Assembly (NCBI RefSeq): GCF_000223395.1
Contig: NC_015931.1
Coordinates: 630,001 to 662,000 of the forward strand
Direction: 5' to 3'
DNA from: Pyrolobus fumarii 1A
GTDB taxonomy: Archaea; Thermoproteota; Thermoprotei_A; Sulfolobales; Pyrodictiaceae
DNA: 32,000 nt
Shown: piece after piece, positions 25,422 through 32,000 of the stretch
Layout: each line of letters begins with the position of its first letter
Numbering within the stretch: the first letter of the stretch is position 1
Program-made: the position numbers and the translations under genes
The notes under the pieces: generated by a model
Database searches by the model: none
Told to the model about the DNA's origin: nothing
What the model saw: the letters and a program-made list of their open reading frames with translations, nothing else

Positions 25422-26378
25422 TTGGTCCAACATAATCGTGTTCGTGTAAAAGCGCCGGCTAGCATCGCAAACCTTGGCCCCCTTTTCGACCTAGCAGCTC
25501 TCGCCATAGACTATGCCTATGATGTCGTCGAAGTTGAGGTTGTCGAAGAGCTTGGAGATGGTATACGCGTGGATGTCGAGGCTGCAGGCGCTCCAAGCGG
25601 CGAGGCTAACACTGCATACACTGCCGCCTACAAGATCCTCGAGTACCTGGGCGAGACGCTACACCTCAGGATACGTGTCGTGAAAGGAGTGCCGCCACGA
25701 ATGGGCATGGGGGGTAGCGGCGCCTCTGCCGCCGCAGCAGCCTACGCGGTTAACCTCCTCCTCGGCGAGCCGTTTACCAAAGAGGAGCTTGTTAAGTTCG
25801 CAGGCGAGGCTGAGGCTGTCGCAGCAGGCACACCCCATTATGACAACGTCGCTGCAAGCCTATTGGGAGGTTTAGTGATCCTCCTCGACCGCAGCAGACC
25901 TTGGGTAGCGAGGCTGAACATCCCAGAAGACGTTTACATAATCCTCTTCATACCGAAACGCGAGGTTGTCAAGGTGCCGCCTGGTAAGGGTAAAACAGAG
26001 GTGATGAGAGAGGTGCTACCAAGAGAGATACCACTAGCCACAAGCATCGCTTGGATGGAGAAAGCACTTGCACTCACTCTAGGGTTACAACTGGACCCGT
26101 ACACGGCCCTGAAGGCCGCTAACTATGGCGGTCCTGTAGAGGAGGCACGCTCCAAGCTAATACCAGGCTACGCCGAGGCTAAGAGGGAGGCTCTCGAAGC
26201 GGGCGCGCTTGCTTTCAACATCAGCGGGGCTGGCCCAACCCTATTCGCCATAGTGAGGGAGGGAGACGAGGATGAAGTTGCAAGGAGGGTAGCCAAGATA
26301 CTAGAAAAGCACTGGGGTGAGCTCGAAACCCGGGTAGTAAACATCGACCGCGAGGGTGCAAGGATAACGAGCGAGTAA
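25422..26378 (+). CDS. thrB: Homoserine kinase
   Basis: 'VKAPASIANLGPLFD' N-terminus and GHMP-kinase motif 'PPRMGMGGSGASAAAAAYA'. 318 aa. TTG 25422 is the first start after an in-frame stop at 25368-25370. Confidence 0.9.
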   Translation: MVQHNRVRVKAPASIANLGPLFDLAALAIDYAYDVVEVEVVEELGDGIRVDVEAAGAPSGEANTAYTAAYKILEYLGETLHLRIRVVKGVPPRMGMGGSGASAAAAAYAVNLLLGEPFTKEELVKFAGEAEAVAAGTPHYDNVAASLLGGLVILLDRSRPWVARLNIPEDVYIILFIPKREVVKVPPGKGKTEVMREVLPREIPLATSIAWMEKALALTLGLQLDPYTALKAANYGGPVEEARSKLIPGYAEAKREALEAGALAFNISGAGPTLFAIVREGDEDEVARRVAKILEKHWGELETRVVNIDREGARITSE

Positions 26379-26634
26379 CGGGGGCCTGGACGGGACCCCC
26401 GCTCACCGGCGGGCCCACCACGAGGCCCGTCTAGCGGGGGACCCCGAGTGCCCCATTACCTTTAGGAAAATACGGAATATGCGGCATTATGCCCCTATTC
26501 CACACCCTTATTGATTGTTGTCGTCCATCCGACAACACGAAAATGGCCAGCCGCAAGCTACATGGACCATTCCCAGGTCTGATACCCTCCAATTCTATAC
26601 GAAGATGCTCTTGTCACCTGAAGGCTAGTGTGCC

Positions 26635-27540
26635 TCACGTTAGCCATCCGTGGCTCTCGCTCAGCTCCTTCACGGTATCTGCAAGCAAGCCTCCCGTGGC
26701 GAGCACTTCCACGCCCTGCCTTGGAGGCACCGTATCTAGGGCAAGCAGACGATCAACACCAGCCTTTACGAGCTTCTCAAGGGCATTGCCCACCAGCAAA
26801 GCGTGGCTCACCGCGACTATTATCCGGCGTGCGCCCTGGCTCCGTAGTATCTCGGCCGCCTTGGCTATGGTGCCGCCCGTGCTGATTATGTCGTCTACGA
26901 GAATCACCGTCTTCCCCTCTACGCGCAGCTCCTTAGGCTTCATCGTTATCTCGCCCGTTACTCTGTCCCTGAACTTCTCGAGATAATCGTAAGGCACGTT
27001 CAACTTCATTGCCAGGCTCTCTGCACGGTGCAGAGCCCCCCTATCCGGGGCAACAACCACTACATCCTTCTCGCCGCGAATAGCTTCTGCGAAGAGAGGC
27101 GTAGGATCCACATTTACCGTCGGGCCATTGAAGTAGGTTAGTGATTCCGGCTTGTGTATATCAATGGTAATGAGTGCGTCGGCGCCAGCCGCGCGGAGCG
27201 AGGACAGTATTGTTTTGATGCTTATCGGCTCGCCTTCCCTAAACCTCCTATCTTGCCTGGCATACGCTATGTAAGGCACTACAGCGATTACATGATCAGC
27301 GCCGGAGCCATGAGCAGCCTCGATTAGTAGGAGGAGCTCTACAAACCTCCTATCCTGCTCTGGATACATGGATTGCACTACTACCGCTATCTTACCGTCA
27401 AGCCTCGAAGGTATCCTCACGTAACTCTCGCCGTCGGGGAAGACCTTGTGCTCTACATTCACGAGTTCAGCACCAAGAGCCTCGGCAAGCCCCTGAGCTG
27501 GGTACCCGCCGGGTCCCGCGACAACCACGAAACGAGGCAT
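26635..27540 (-). CDS. prs: Ribose-phosphate pyrophosphokinase (PRPP synthetase)
   Basis: 'FPDGESYVRI', 'YARQDRRF' and the PRPP-binding loop 'VILVDDIISTGGT'. 301 aa. Confidence 0.92.
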   Translation of the reverse strand: MPRFVVVAGPGGYPAQGLAEALGAELVNVEHKVFPDGESYVRIPSRLDGKIAVVVQSMYPEQDRRFVELLLLIEAAHGSGADHVIAVVPYIAYARQDRRFREGEPISIKTILSSLRAAGADALITIDIHKPESLTYFNGPTVNVDPTPLFAEAIRGEKDVVVVAPDRGALHRAESLAMKLNVPYDYLEKFRDRVTGEITMKPKELRVEGKTVILVDDIISTGGTIAKAAEILRSQGARRIIVAVSHALLVGNALEKLVKAGVDRLLALDTVPPRQGVEVLATGGLLADTVKELSESHGWLT

Positions 27541-27576
27541 AGGGTGACCCCAATGTCTAGCCTGGGGAGGCGAGTG

Positions 27577-28155
27577 TTAGAGGCTTGTTGGAGGGGCGAG
27601 TCTAGCAGCGAGCGGCGGCTCAGCACGATGAGACAAGTGTATACACTCGCCGCACCCGACGCTCACTTCTAGACTCAGATCCTCGTGTAGCTTCACTGTT
27701 GTCCTTGGCTCACCGCATTGACACGAGGCTAGCACCGGATACGCCACCCATCCTATACGGACACGCGCGTCGGTCACTAGGAGCTTCTCGCCTCCTGCAA
27801 GCCAGTAGTCGTGCAGTATCCTCTCGACAACCCTCCTAGTCCACAACCCCCTAGACGCGACCAGGCTCCTTGCACGCCGTGACGCGAATACCTCGGCTAT
27901 AGTCGCTTTATAGAGAGCGTCTACCGCCCATGCGAACATCTCCTCTAGGCTAGCGTCTAGCCTCGGTACCGGATACCAAGCCAGCTCCGCCTCAACGGCC
28001 AGCATAGCATCACGTACCACATGACCACACTTTCCTTGCAGGACACCTTCTTTGGCGGCAGCTACAGCCTCGGCGATACACTCGCGAGTACACCACCCAC
28101 ACATGCGAATAGCTAGAGCCTCCACGAGCCTCCAGAAGACGTCACCAGTGGCCAT
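27577..28155 (-). CDS. Cys-rich hypothetical protein (N-terminal CX2CX3C...C cluster, C-terminal CxC...CxxC Zn-ribbon-like)
   Basis: 192 aa. Cys19/22/26/43 occur in 'RMCGWCTRECIAEA...GKCGH', and the C-terminus reads 'CQCGEPRTTVKLHEDLSLEVSVGCGEC'. Its start overlaps the upstream MBL gene by 14 nt. Confidence 0.55.
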   Translation of the reverse strand: MATGDVFWRLVEALAIRMCGWCTRECIAEAVAAAKEGVLQGKCGHVVRDAMLAVEAELAWYPVPRLDASLEEMFAWAVDALYKATIAEVFASRRARSLVASRGLWTRRVVERILHDYWLAGGEKLLVTDARVRIGWVAYPVLASCQCGEPRTTVKLHEDLSLEVSVGCGECIHLSHRAEPPLAARLAPPTSL

Positions 28156-29086
28156 GCTCGCGTGCCTCCCTCAACCCCCTCCAGCTCCTCTCAACCTCGC
28201 CGCCGAAGTACGGCGCTCCCCTCCTACACTCGTACACCCTCCTAGCACACACATCAGACTCTAGGAGTCTCTCAAAACTCTCATAGTTGACCCAAGCCTG
28301 CATCCTCTCCACCACCTCCCTAGCGAGAGCCTCCGGATCCGGGTGGATACCGAAGTGCGGCAGCGCCGCCAGACGCGGCTTCAAACTAAGCATCTTCTCT
28401 ATGCTCTCAAGTATCATCCGGGGCCTCGTAGGAGGCGGCGTGAGAGGCACCACACACTCGCAGTAGAAGATACCCATAGAGTCGCCTGGGAACAATACAC
28501 CCTCATCCTCTAACAGGAAAGACTGGTGATGACTAGCATGGCCAGGTGTGTGTACAACCCTAACCCTCCTCCCGCCAACCTCAACAACTTCCCCGTCGCT
28601 CGTTGGCTTCACAAGCTTCTCGTCAACACCCTGTGGGCAACCCACCAGATCCACATCCCTCATGAGGCTCCTCGCGGCTTCACAAAGCTTTGAAGGATCT
28701 ACTAGGTGGGGAGCACCGCGAGGATGTACTATGATCTTGGCGCCATACTTTTCGGCGAGTATCTCAGCGGAAGCGCCATGGTCGAGGTGTATATGCGTCA
28801 ATAATACGTATCTAAGCCTCAGGCCACGTTCTTCTATAACACGCGTGACACTATCAATGCTAGACCGTGGACCCGGGTCAACAACGGCAGCCTCCCCACC
28901 ATCACCGATTATTATGTAGGTCCCGACGATACCCGGCAGCCCCGCGAAAAGATGATCAACAAGAAGCACATCACGCGCGACACGCCAGACTCTCAAAACA
29001 ATACACCCATGCTCCACGCTAATGTGGAGAAACAAGACTCTATGCCTGCCCAACCTAAACACACGCAAAAATGAAGTACACAACAA
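28142..29086 (-). CDS. Metallo-beta-lactamase fold hydrolase
   Basis: 'LLTHIHLDHGASAE' (HxHxDH), 'VVHTPGHASHH' and 'LFPGDS'. The N-terminal ~35 aa of the track ORF look non-homologous. The true start is probably an in-frame GTG or TTG near 28990-29011. Confidence 0.8.
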   Translation of the reverse strand: MLCTSFLRVFRLGRHRVLFLHISVEHGCIVLRVWRVARDVLLVDHLFAGLPGIVGTYIIIGDGGEAAVVDPGPRSSIDSVTRVIEERGLRLRYVLLTHIHLDHGASAEILAEKYGAKIIVHPRGAPHLVDPSKLCEAARSLMRDVDLVGCPQGVDEKLVKPTSDGEVVEVGGRRVRVVHTPGHASHHQSFLLEDEGVLFPGDSMGIFYCECVVPLTPPPTRPRMILESIEKMLSLKPRLAALPHFGIHPDPEALAREVVERMQAWVNYESFERLLESDVCARRVYECRRGAPYFGGEVERSWRGLREAREHGHW

Positions 29087-29130
29087 AGGGAGTCATGCGA
29101 GCATGTCTGGGTGGACTATTGGACGGTGAG

Positions 29131-29167
29131 AAAAACGGTCTGGTCTTGACTAGCGGTGAGCCGCTAG
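29131..29167 (-). terminator. Hairpin plus T5 tract downstream of the oxidoreductase operon
   Basis: On the minus strand the RNA reads CUAGCGG-CUCA-CCGCUAG (29150-29167) beginning 10 nt after the porB-like stop. A UUUUU tract (29131-29135) follows 14 nt later. Oligo-T tracts are the usual archaeal termination signal. Confidence 0.6.
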
Positions 29168-29176
29168 GAAACAGTG

Positions 29177-30175
29177 TTACTCCTCTACGGGGCCTATGGC
29201 CTCCTCGCCTACCCACTCGTTGATCTTCTTGACCTCGGCGTCAACGACCTTCTGTATGAAGGCTATGTCCTCGTCCTTTAGGTGCCTGAACCTACCCTGC
29301 ATCTTGAGGTACTCTTTCACAGGCTTCCTCTTGGGCACCTTGACCGTGACGCGTGGCTGGCCCTCAACGATCTCGAGGTTCACCCACATGCCGGTGAGAG
29401 TGGCTAGTTTTGCAACCTCGATGCTCTTCTCTGGTGGTATCCTCCAGCCTGGCGGGCACGGCGACAGCACGTGAACTAGGGATGGGCCCTCGGTCTCGAA
29501 GGCTCTCCTAAACTTCTCTATCATGTCGAGCGGGTAGGCCGGGTTAGCGGTTGCTATGTACGGTACGCGGTGAGCTAGGGCGATGCCGATTATGTCCTTC
29601 TTCCAGCGCCACTCGCCCTTCCACTTCTTACCGACGGGGGTTGTCGTCGTCCAAGCGCCCCATGGTGTTGCGCCGCTTCTCTGTATACCCGTGTTCATGT
29701 ACGCCTCGTTATCATACACTAGGTACATGACGTCGTCGCCCCTCTCTAGCATGCCGCTAAGGGCCTGCATGCCGATGTCGAAGGTGCCACCGTCACCCGC
29801 CGTGGCTATGACCTTCACCTTCTTGTCTGGCGGCAGTATGCCCTTCTTCTGCAGCGCCTTTATCGCGGCCGCGACTCCCGAGGCCACTGAGGCTGCGTTC
29901 TCGAATGCCACGTGTATGTAGGGTACTCTCCACGCAGTCTCCGGGAAGACCGTCGTCGTCACTTCTACGCATCCGGTAGCCTGGACTATCACTACGTCTT
30001 TACCCACGGCCTTGAGTAGGTGTCTAAAGATGAGGGCTGCAGCGCAACCCTGGCACATACGGTGGCCTGGCGCTAGCAGCTCGTCCTTTGGGATGTCCCA
30101 GACTGTCTTGAACCTCTTCTTGGTGGTGTCGGGGGCCTTACCCTGGAAGAGGGCATAGTAGACCATGGGTCTCAC
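29177..30175 (-). CDS. porB: 2-oxoacid (pyruvate/2-ketoisovalerate):ferredoxin oxidoreductase beta subunit (TPP-binding)
   Basis: 'GHRMCQGCAAALIFRH' and 'TAGDGGTFDIGMQALSG' (the TPP GDG motif). 332 aa. The start is GTG 30175 or ATG 30166. POR versus VOR specificity cannot be decided from sequence. Confidence 0.9.
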   Translation of the reverse strand: MRPMVYYALFQGKAPDTTKKRFKTVWDIPKDELLAPGHRMCQGCAAALIFRHLLKAVGKDVVIVQATGCVEVTTTVFPETAWRVPYIHVAFENAASVASGVAAAIKALQKKGILPPDKKVKVIATAGDGGTFDIGMQALSGMLERGDDVMYLVYDNEAYMNTGIQRSGATPWGAWTTTTPVGKKWKGEWRWKKDIIGIALAHRVPYIATANPAYPLDMIEKFRRAFETEGPSLVHVLSPCPPGWRIPPEKSIEVAKLATLTGMWVNLEIVEGQPRVTVKVPKRKPVKEYLKMQGRFRHLKDEDIAFIQKVVDAEVKKINEWVGEEAIGPVEE

Positions 30176-30178
30176 CCC

Positions 30179-31408
30179 TTACTCACGCACACCTATGTAG
30201 TAGGTCTGGGTTGCACTACGACCGCGAGACGCGTGGTCCATGAGTATCTTGAACATCTGGACCACCTCGTCTGTGAAAATGTCGCGACCGCCTAGACCGT
30301 GCACGAAGCTCACGAGTGGCACCTGGATGCCGCGCACTGCTAGGCTCGTGACCACCTCCATGAATAGTGGGCCTTCCACTGCCGCACCGAAGCTCACCGC
30401 ACGGTCTAGGACGCCTACTGCCTTGACGCGACCCTCGCCCAGGTACTTAGCTACTAGGTCTGCGGGGAATGGGCGGAACACCTTGATCTTAAGGCCTCCA
30501 GCCTTAACACCCTCCTTGCGCAGCTTGTCGACAGCCGCTCTCACGTTGCCAAAGGTTGCACCCATGGATATTAGGACGTACTCTGCATCGTCCATCTTGT
30601 ACGTCTCTACCCTCTCGTAGCACCTGCCGAAGGTCTTACAGAAGTCGCGGAACGCCTCGTCTATCACCGGTACAGCCTTCTTCATAGCCTCAGCCTGCTG
30701 CCTCTTGAACTCATAGTAGTAGTCTGGGGTGCCGACGACACCCATGGTTACGGGCTTGTCTGGGTCTAGCACCGGGCGGTAGCCGCGAGGCCTCTTCGGC
30801 GCAAACTTGAGAGCCTCCTCTTTCTCGACTGGCTCTACCGGCTCGACGGTGTGACTCAATATGAAGCCGTCTAACGTGATCATGACTGGTAGTAGCACGT
30901 CGGGGTGCTCAGCTATCCTATAGGCGATCACTACCGCATCATGCGCCTCTTGTACAGTCTCGTCGAAGATCATTATCCAGCCGGCGTCTCTAGCGCTCAT
31001 AGCATCGCCGTAGTCGTTCCAGATGTTTAGTGGCGCGGAGAGTGCACGGTTTGATAGCGCCATTACGATTGGTAGGCGGAGACCACTGGCGATGTAGAGT
31101 ATCTCATGCATGAACTCTAGGCCTTGGCTGCTTGTCGCAGTGAATACCCTGGCGCCGAAGGCGGAGGCGCCCACTAGGGCTGAGAGAGCGGAATGCTCGC
31201 TCTCGACGTGTATCATCTCCGCATCCATCTCGCCATTGGCGATGTACTCGGAGATCTTCTCGACTATGGGGCTCTGTGGCGTGATCGGGTACGCCGCGAC
31301 AACGTCGACGTCGCAGGATTTGACGGCGTAGGCTACTGCGTAGTTACCCGTCAGTGCAATCTTCTTCTTCTTCGCCTTCTTCTCGAGGGTTTGACCCGCG
31401 GCCGCCAT
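30179..31408 (-). CDS. porA: 2-oxoacid:ferredoxin oxidoreductase alpha subunit
   Basis: 'LTGNYAVAYAVKSCDVDVVAAYPITPQSPIVE' and 'FTATSSQGLEFM' are typical of the alpha subunit. 409 aa. It is tightly packed between the delta and beta genes. Confidence 0.9.
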   Translation of the reverse strand: MAAAGQTLEKKAKKKKIALTGNYAVAYAVKSCDVDVVAAYPITPQSPIVEKISEYIANGEMDAEMIHVESEHSALSALVGASAFGARVFTATSSQGLEFMHEILYIASGLRLPIVMALSNRALSAPLNIWNDYGDAMSARDAGWIMIFDETVQEAHDAVVIAYRIAEHPDVLLPVMITLDGFILSHTVEPVEPVEKEEALKFAPKRPRGYRPVLDPDKPVTMGVVGTPDYYYEFKRQQAEAMKKAVPVIDEAFRDFCKTFGRCYERVETYKMDDAEYVLISMGATFGNVRAAVDKLRKEGVKAGGLKIKVFRPFPADLVAKYLGEGRVKAVGVLDRAVSFGAAVEGPLFMEVVTSLAVRGIQVPLVSFVHGLGGRDIFTDEVVQMFKILMDHASRGRSATQTYYIGVRE

Positions 31409-31409
31409 C

Positions 31410-31733
31410 TTACCTCACCTCCGGGACCATCTGGATAGCTTTCACGGGACACTCGTTAGCACAAATCCCGCAGCCCTTGCAATGCTTATAATCCACCTTA
31501 TACGTGACCTTGTAGACCCTCCCGGTCTTCGTCCTGTACTCTTCCTCCACCTCAAGTATAGCCGCATCAGGACAGAATATCCAACACATTCTGCAACGCA
31601 CGCACTTCTCCTGATCAATTACTGGTTTGAACGTTCTCCACGCAGACATATCGTTCTTTTCCGTGTTGCCTGGCTCACTTACAATAGCTGCTATGGGGAG
31701 ACTCCTCCAGCCAGGAAGACCGGACATTATCAT
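31410..31733 (-). CDS. porD: 2-oxoacid:ferredoxin oxidoreductase delta subunit (2x[4Fe-4S] ferredoxin)
   Basis: Two CxxCxxCxxxCP motifs: 'CVRCRMCWIFCPD' and 'CKGCGICANECP'. 107 aa. Confidence 0.9.
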   Translation of the reverse strand: MIMSGLPGWRSLPIAAIVSEPGNTEKNDMSAWRTFKPVIDQEKCVRCRMCWIFCPDAAILEVEEEYRTKTGRVYKVTYKVDYKHCKGCGICANECPVKAIQMVPEVR

Positions 31734-31741
31734 CTCACCCC

Positions 31742-32000
31742 CTAAGCGCGAGCTACAAGGAGCTTCTCTACATTTACACTCTCGTAAGCTTCACGGACGG
31801 CTTTTACGTTGGGCTGCACAAGATGAGGCCTATCAGAGAACCTATCGGCAACAACTTTCTCCACAGTCTCTATACTCACTACCCCAGATACGCGCACAAA
31901 CGCGCCAAGCATCGCAGTGTTTACGATAGGAACGCGTAGATTGCGTAAAGCAATCTCAGTCGCATCTACCGTCGCTACTATGGCTGGAGGTTCAAAGCCT
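31742..32000 (-). CDS. porG: 2-oxoacid:ferredoxin oxidoreductase gamma subunit (3' part; gene continues beyond the window)
   Basis: Hand translation of the minus strand gives '...GFEPPAIVATVDATEIALRNLRVPIVNTAMLGAFVRVSGVVSIETVEKVVADRFSDRPHLVQPNVKAVREAYESVNVEKLLVARA*', with stop TAG at 31742-31744. 'VDATEIAL...PIVNTAMLGAF' is the gamma-subunit signature. It is absent from the ORF track because it has no start within the window. Confidence 0.8.
   Translation of the reverse strand, partial: GFEPPAIVATVDATEIALRNLRVPIVNTAMLGAFVRVSGVVSIETVEKVVADRFSDRPHLVQPNVKAVREAYESVNVEKLLVARA

Noticed and set aside
26489-26986. 165-aa plus-strand ORF spanning the thrB-prs spacer and the 3' end of prs
   Set aside because: It is antisense to prs for most of its length. 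The Ser/Pro/Arg-rich product has no recognisable motif.
1-32000. Search for CRISPR arrays, IS elements, prophage or defence-island signatures
   Set aside because: I saw no regularly spaced direct repeats, no transposase/integrase/recombinase ORFs, no restriction-modification or toxin (PIN/HEPN/Abi) motifs, and no terminal inverted repeats. The single RHH gene has no toxin partner.

Overview
GC-rich, densely packed archaeal chromosome segment. Archaeal markers are a four-subunit 2-oxoacid:ferredoxin oxidoreductase operon, a fused ThiD-ThiN, TTTAAA/TTATA-type promoter boxes and a GC-rich tRNA. The protein style suggests a hyperthermophilic crenarchaeon (Desulfurococcales-like), but the organism cannot be named from sequence alone. 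I support about 36 genes, in this order. (1) A dTDP-sugar/glycosyltransferase cluster: GT2, rmlD and rmlB on the minus strand, with a divergent long-form rmlA-like nucleotidyltransferase. (2) tRNA-Arg(GCG) and a candidate C/D box sRNA. (3) An HD-domain protein and a stand-alone ParB/Srx-fold protein. (4) An ABC-2 exporter pair. (5) A NOL1/NOP2/Sun RNA m5C methyltransferase, an M50 peptidase and ThiDN. (6) A serA-like dehydrogenase translationally coupled to a class V aminotransferase. (7) A DECH-box helicase in an operon with a small wHTH protein. (8) A His/Cys-rich repeat protein next to hypB-hypE. (9) A DUF35 Zn-ribbon/OB protein, an ITPase and a hypothetical protein. (10) A FecCD permease and binding protein with an overlapping RHH gene but no ATPase. 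(11) A divergent Cys/Met-PLP enzyme and homoserine kinase pair. (12) PRPP synthetase. (13) An MBL hydrolase overlapping a Cys-rich protein. (14) porB, porA, porD and a partial porG. I found no CRISPR array, transposase, integrase, tRNA-fragment repeat or recognisable defence system, so this reads as a housekeeping region rather than an accessory island. The most noteworthy unexplained signals are: two perfect 17-19 bp GATTACCC-N-GGGTAATC palindromes plus an 11-bp inverted repeat in the met/thr divergent promoter; a signal-anchored protein with repeated C-E-x-H-V-N motifs beside the hydrogenase nickel chaperone gene; a candidate C/D box sRNA; and a nuclease-less Hef-type helicase cassette. Many long ORFs in the supplied track are antisense or out-of-frame shadows typical of GC-rich DNA. 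The track also extends starts to the first ATG/GTG/TTG, so several 5' ends are uncertain.
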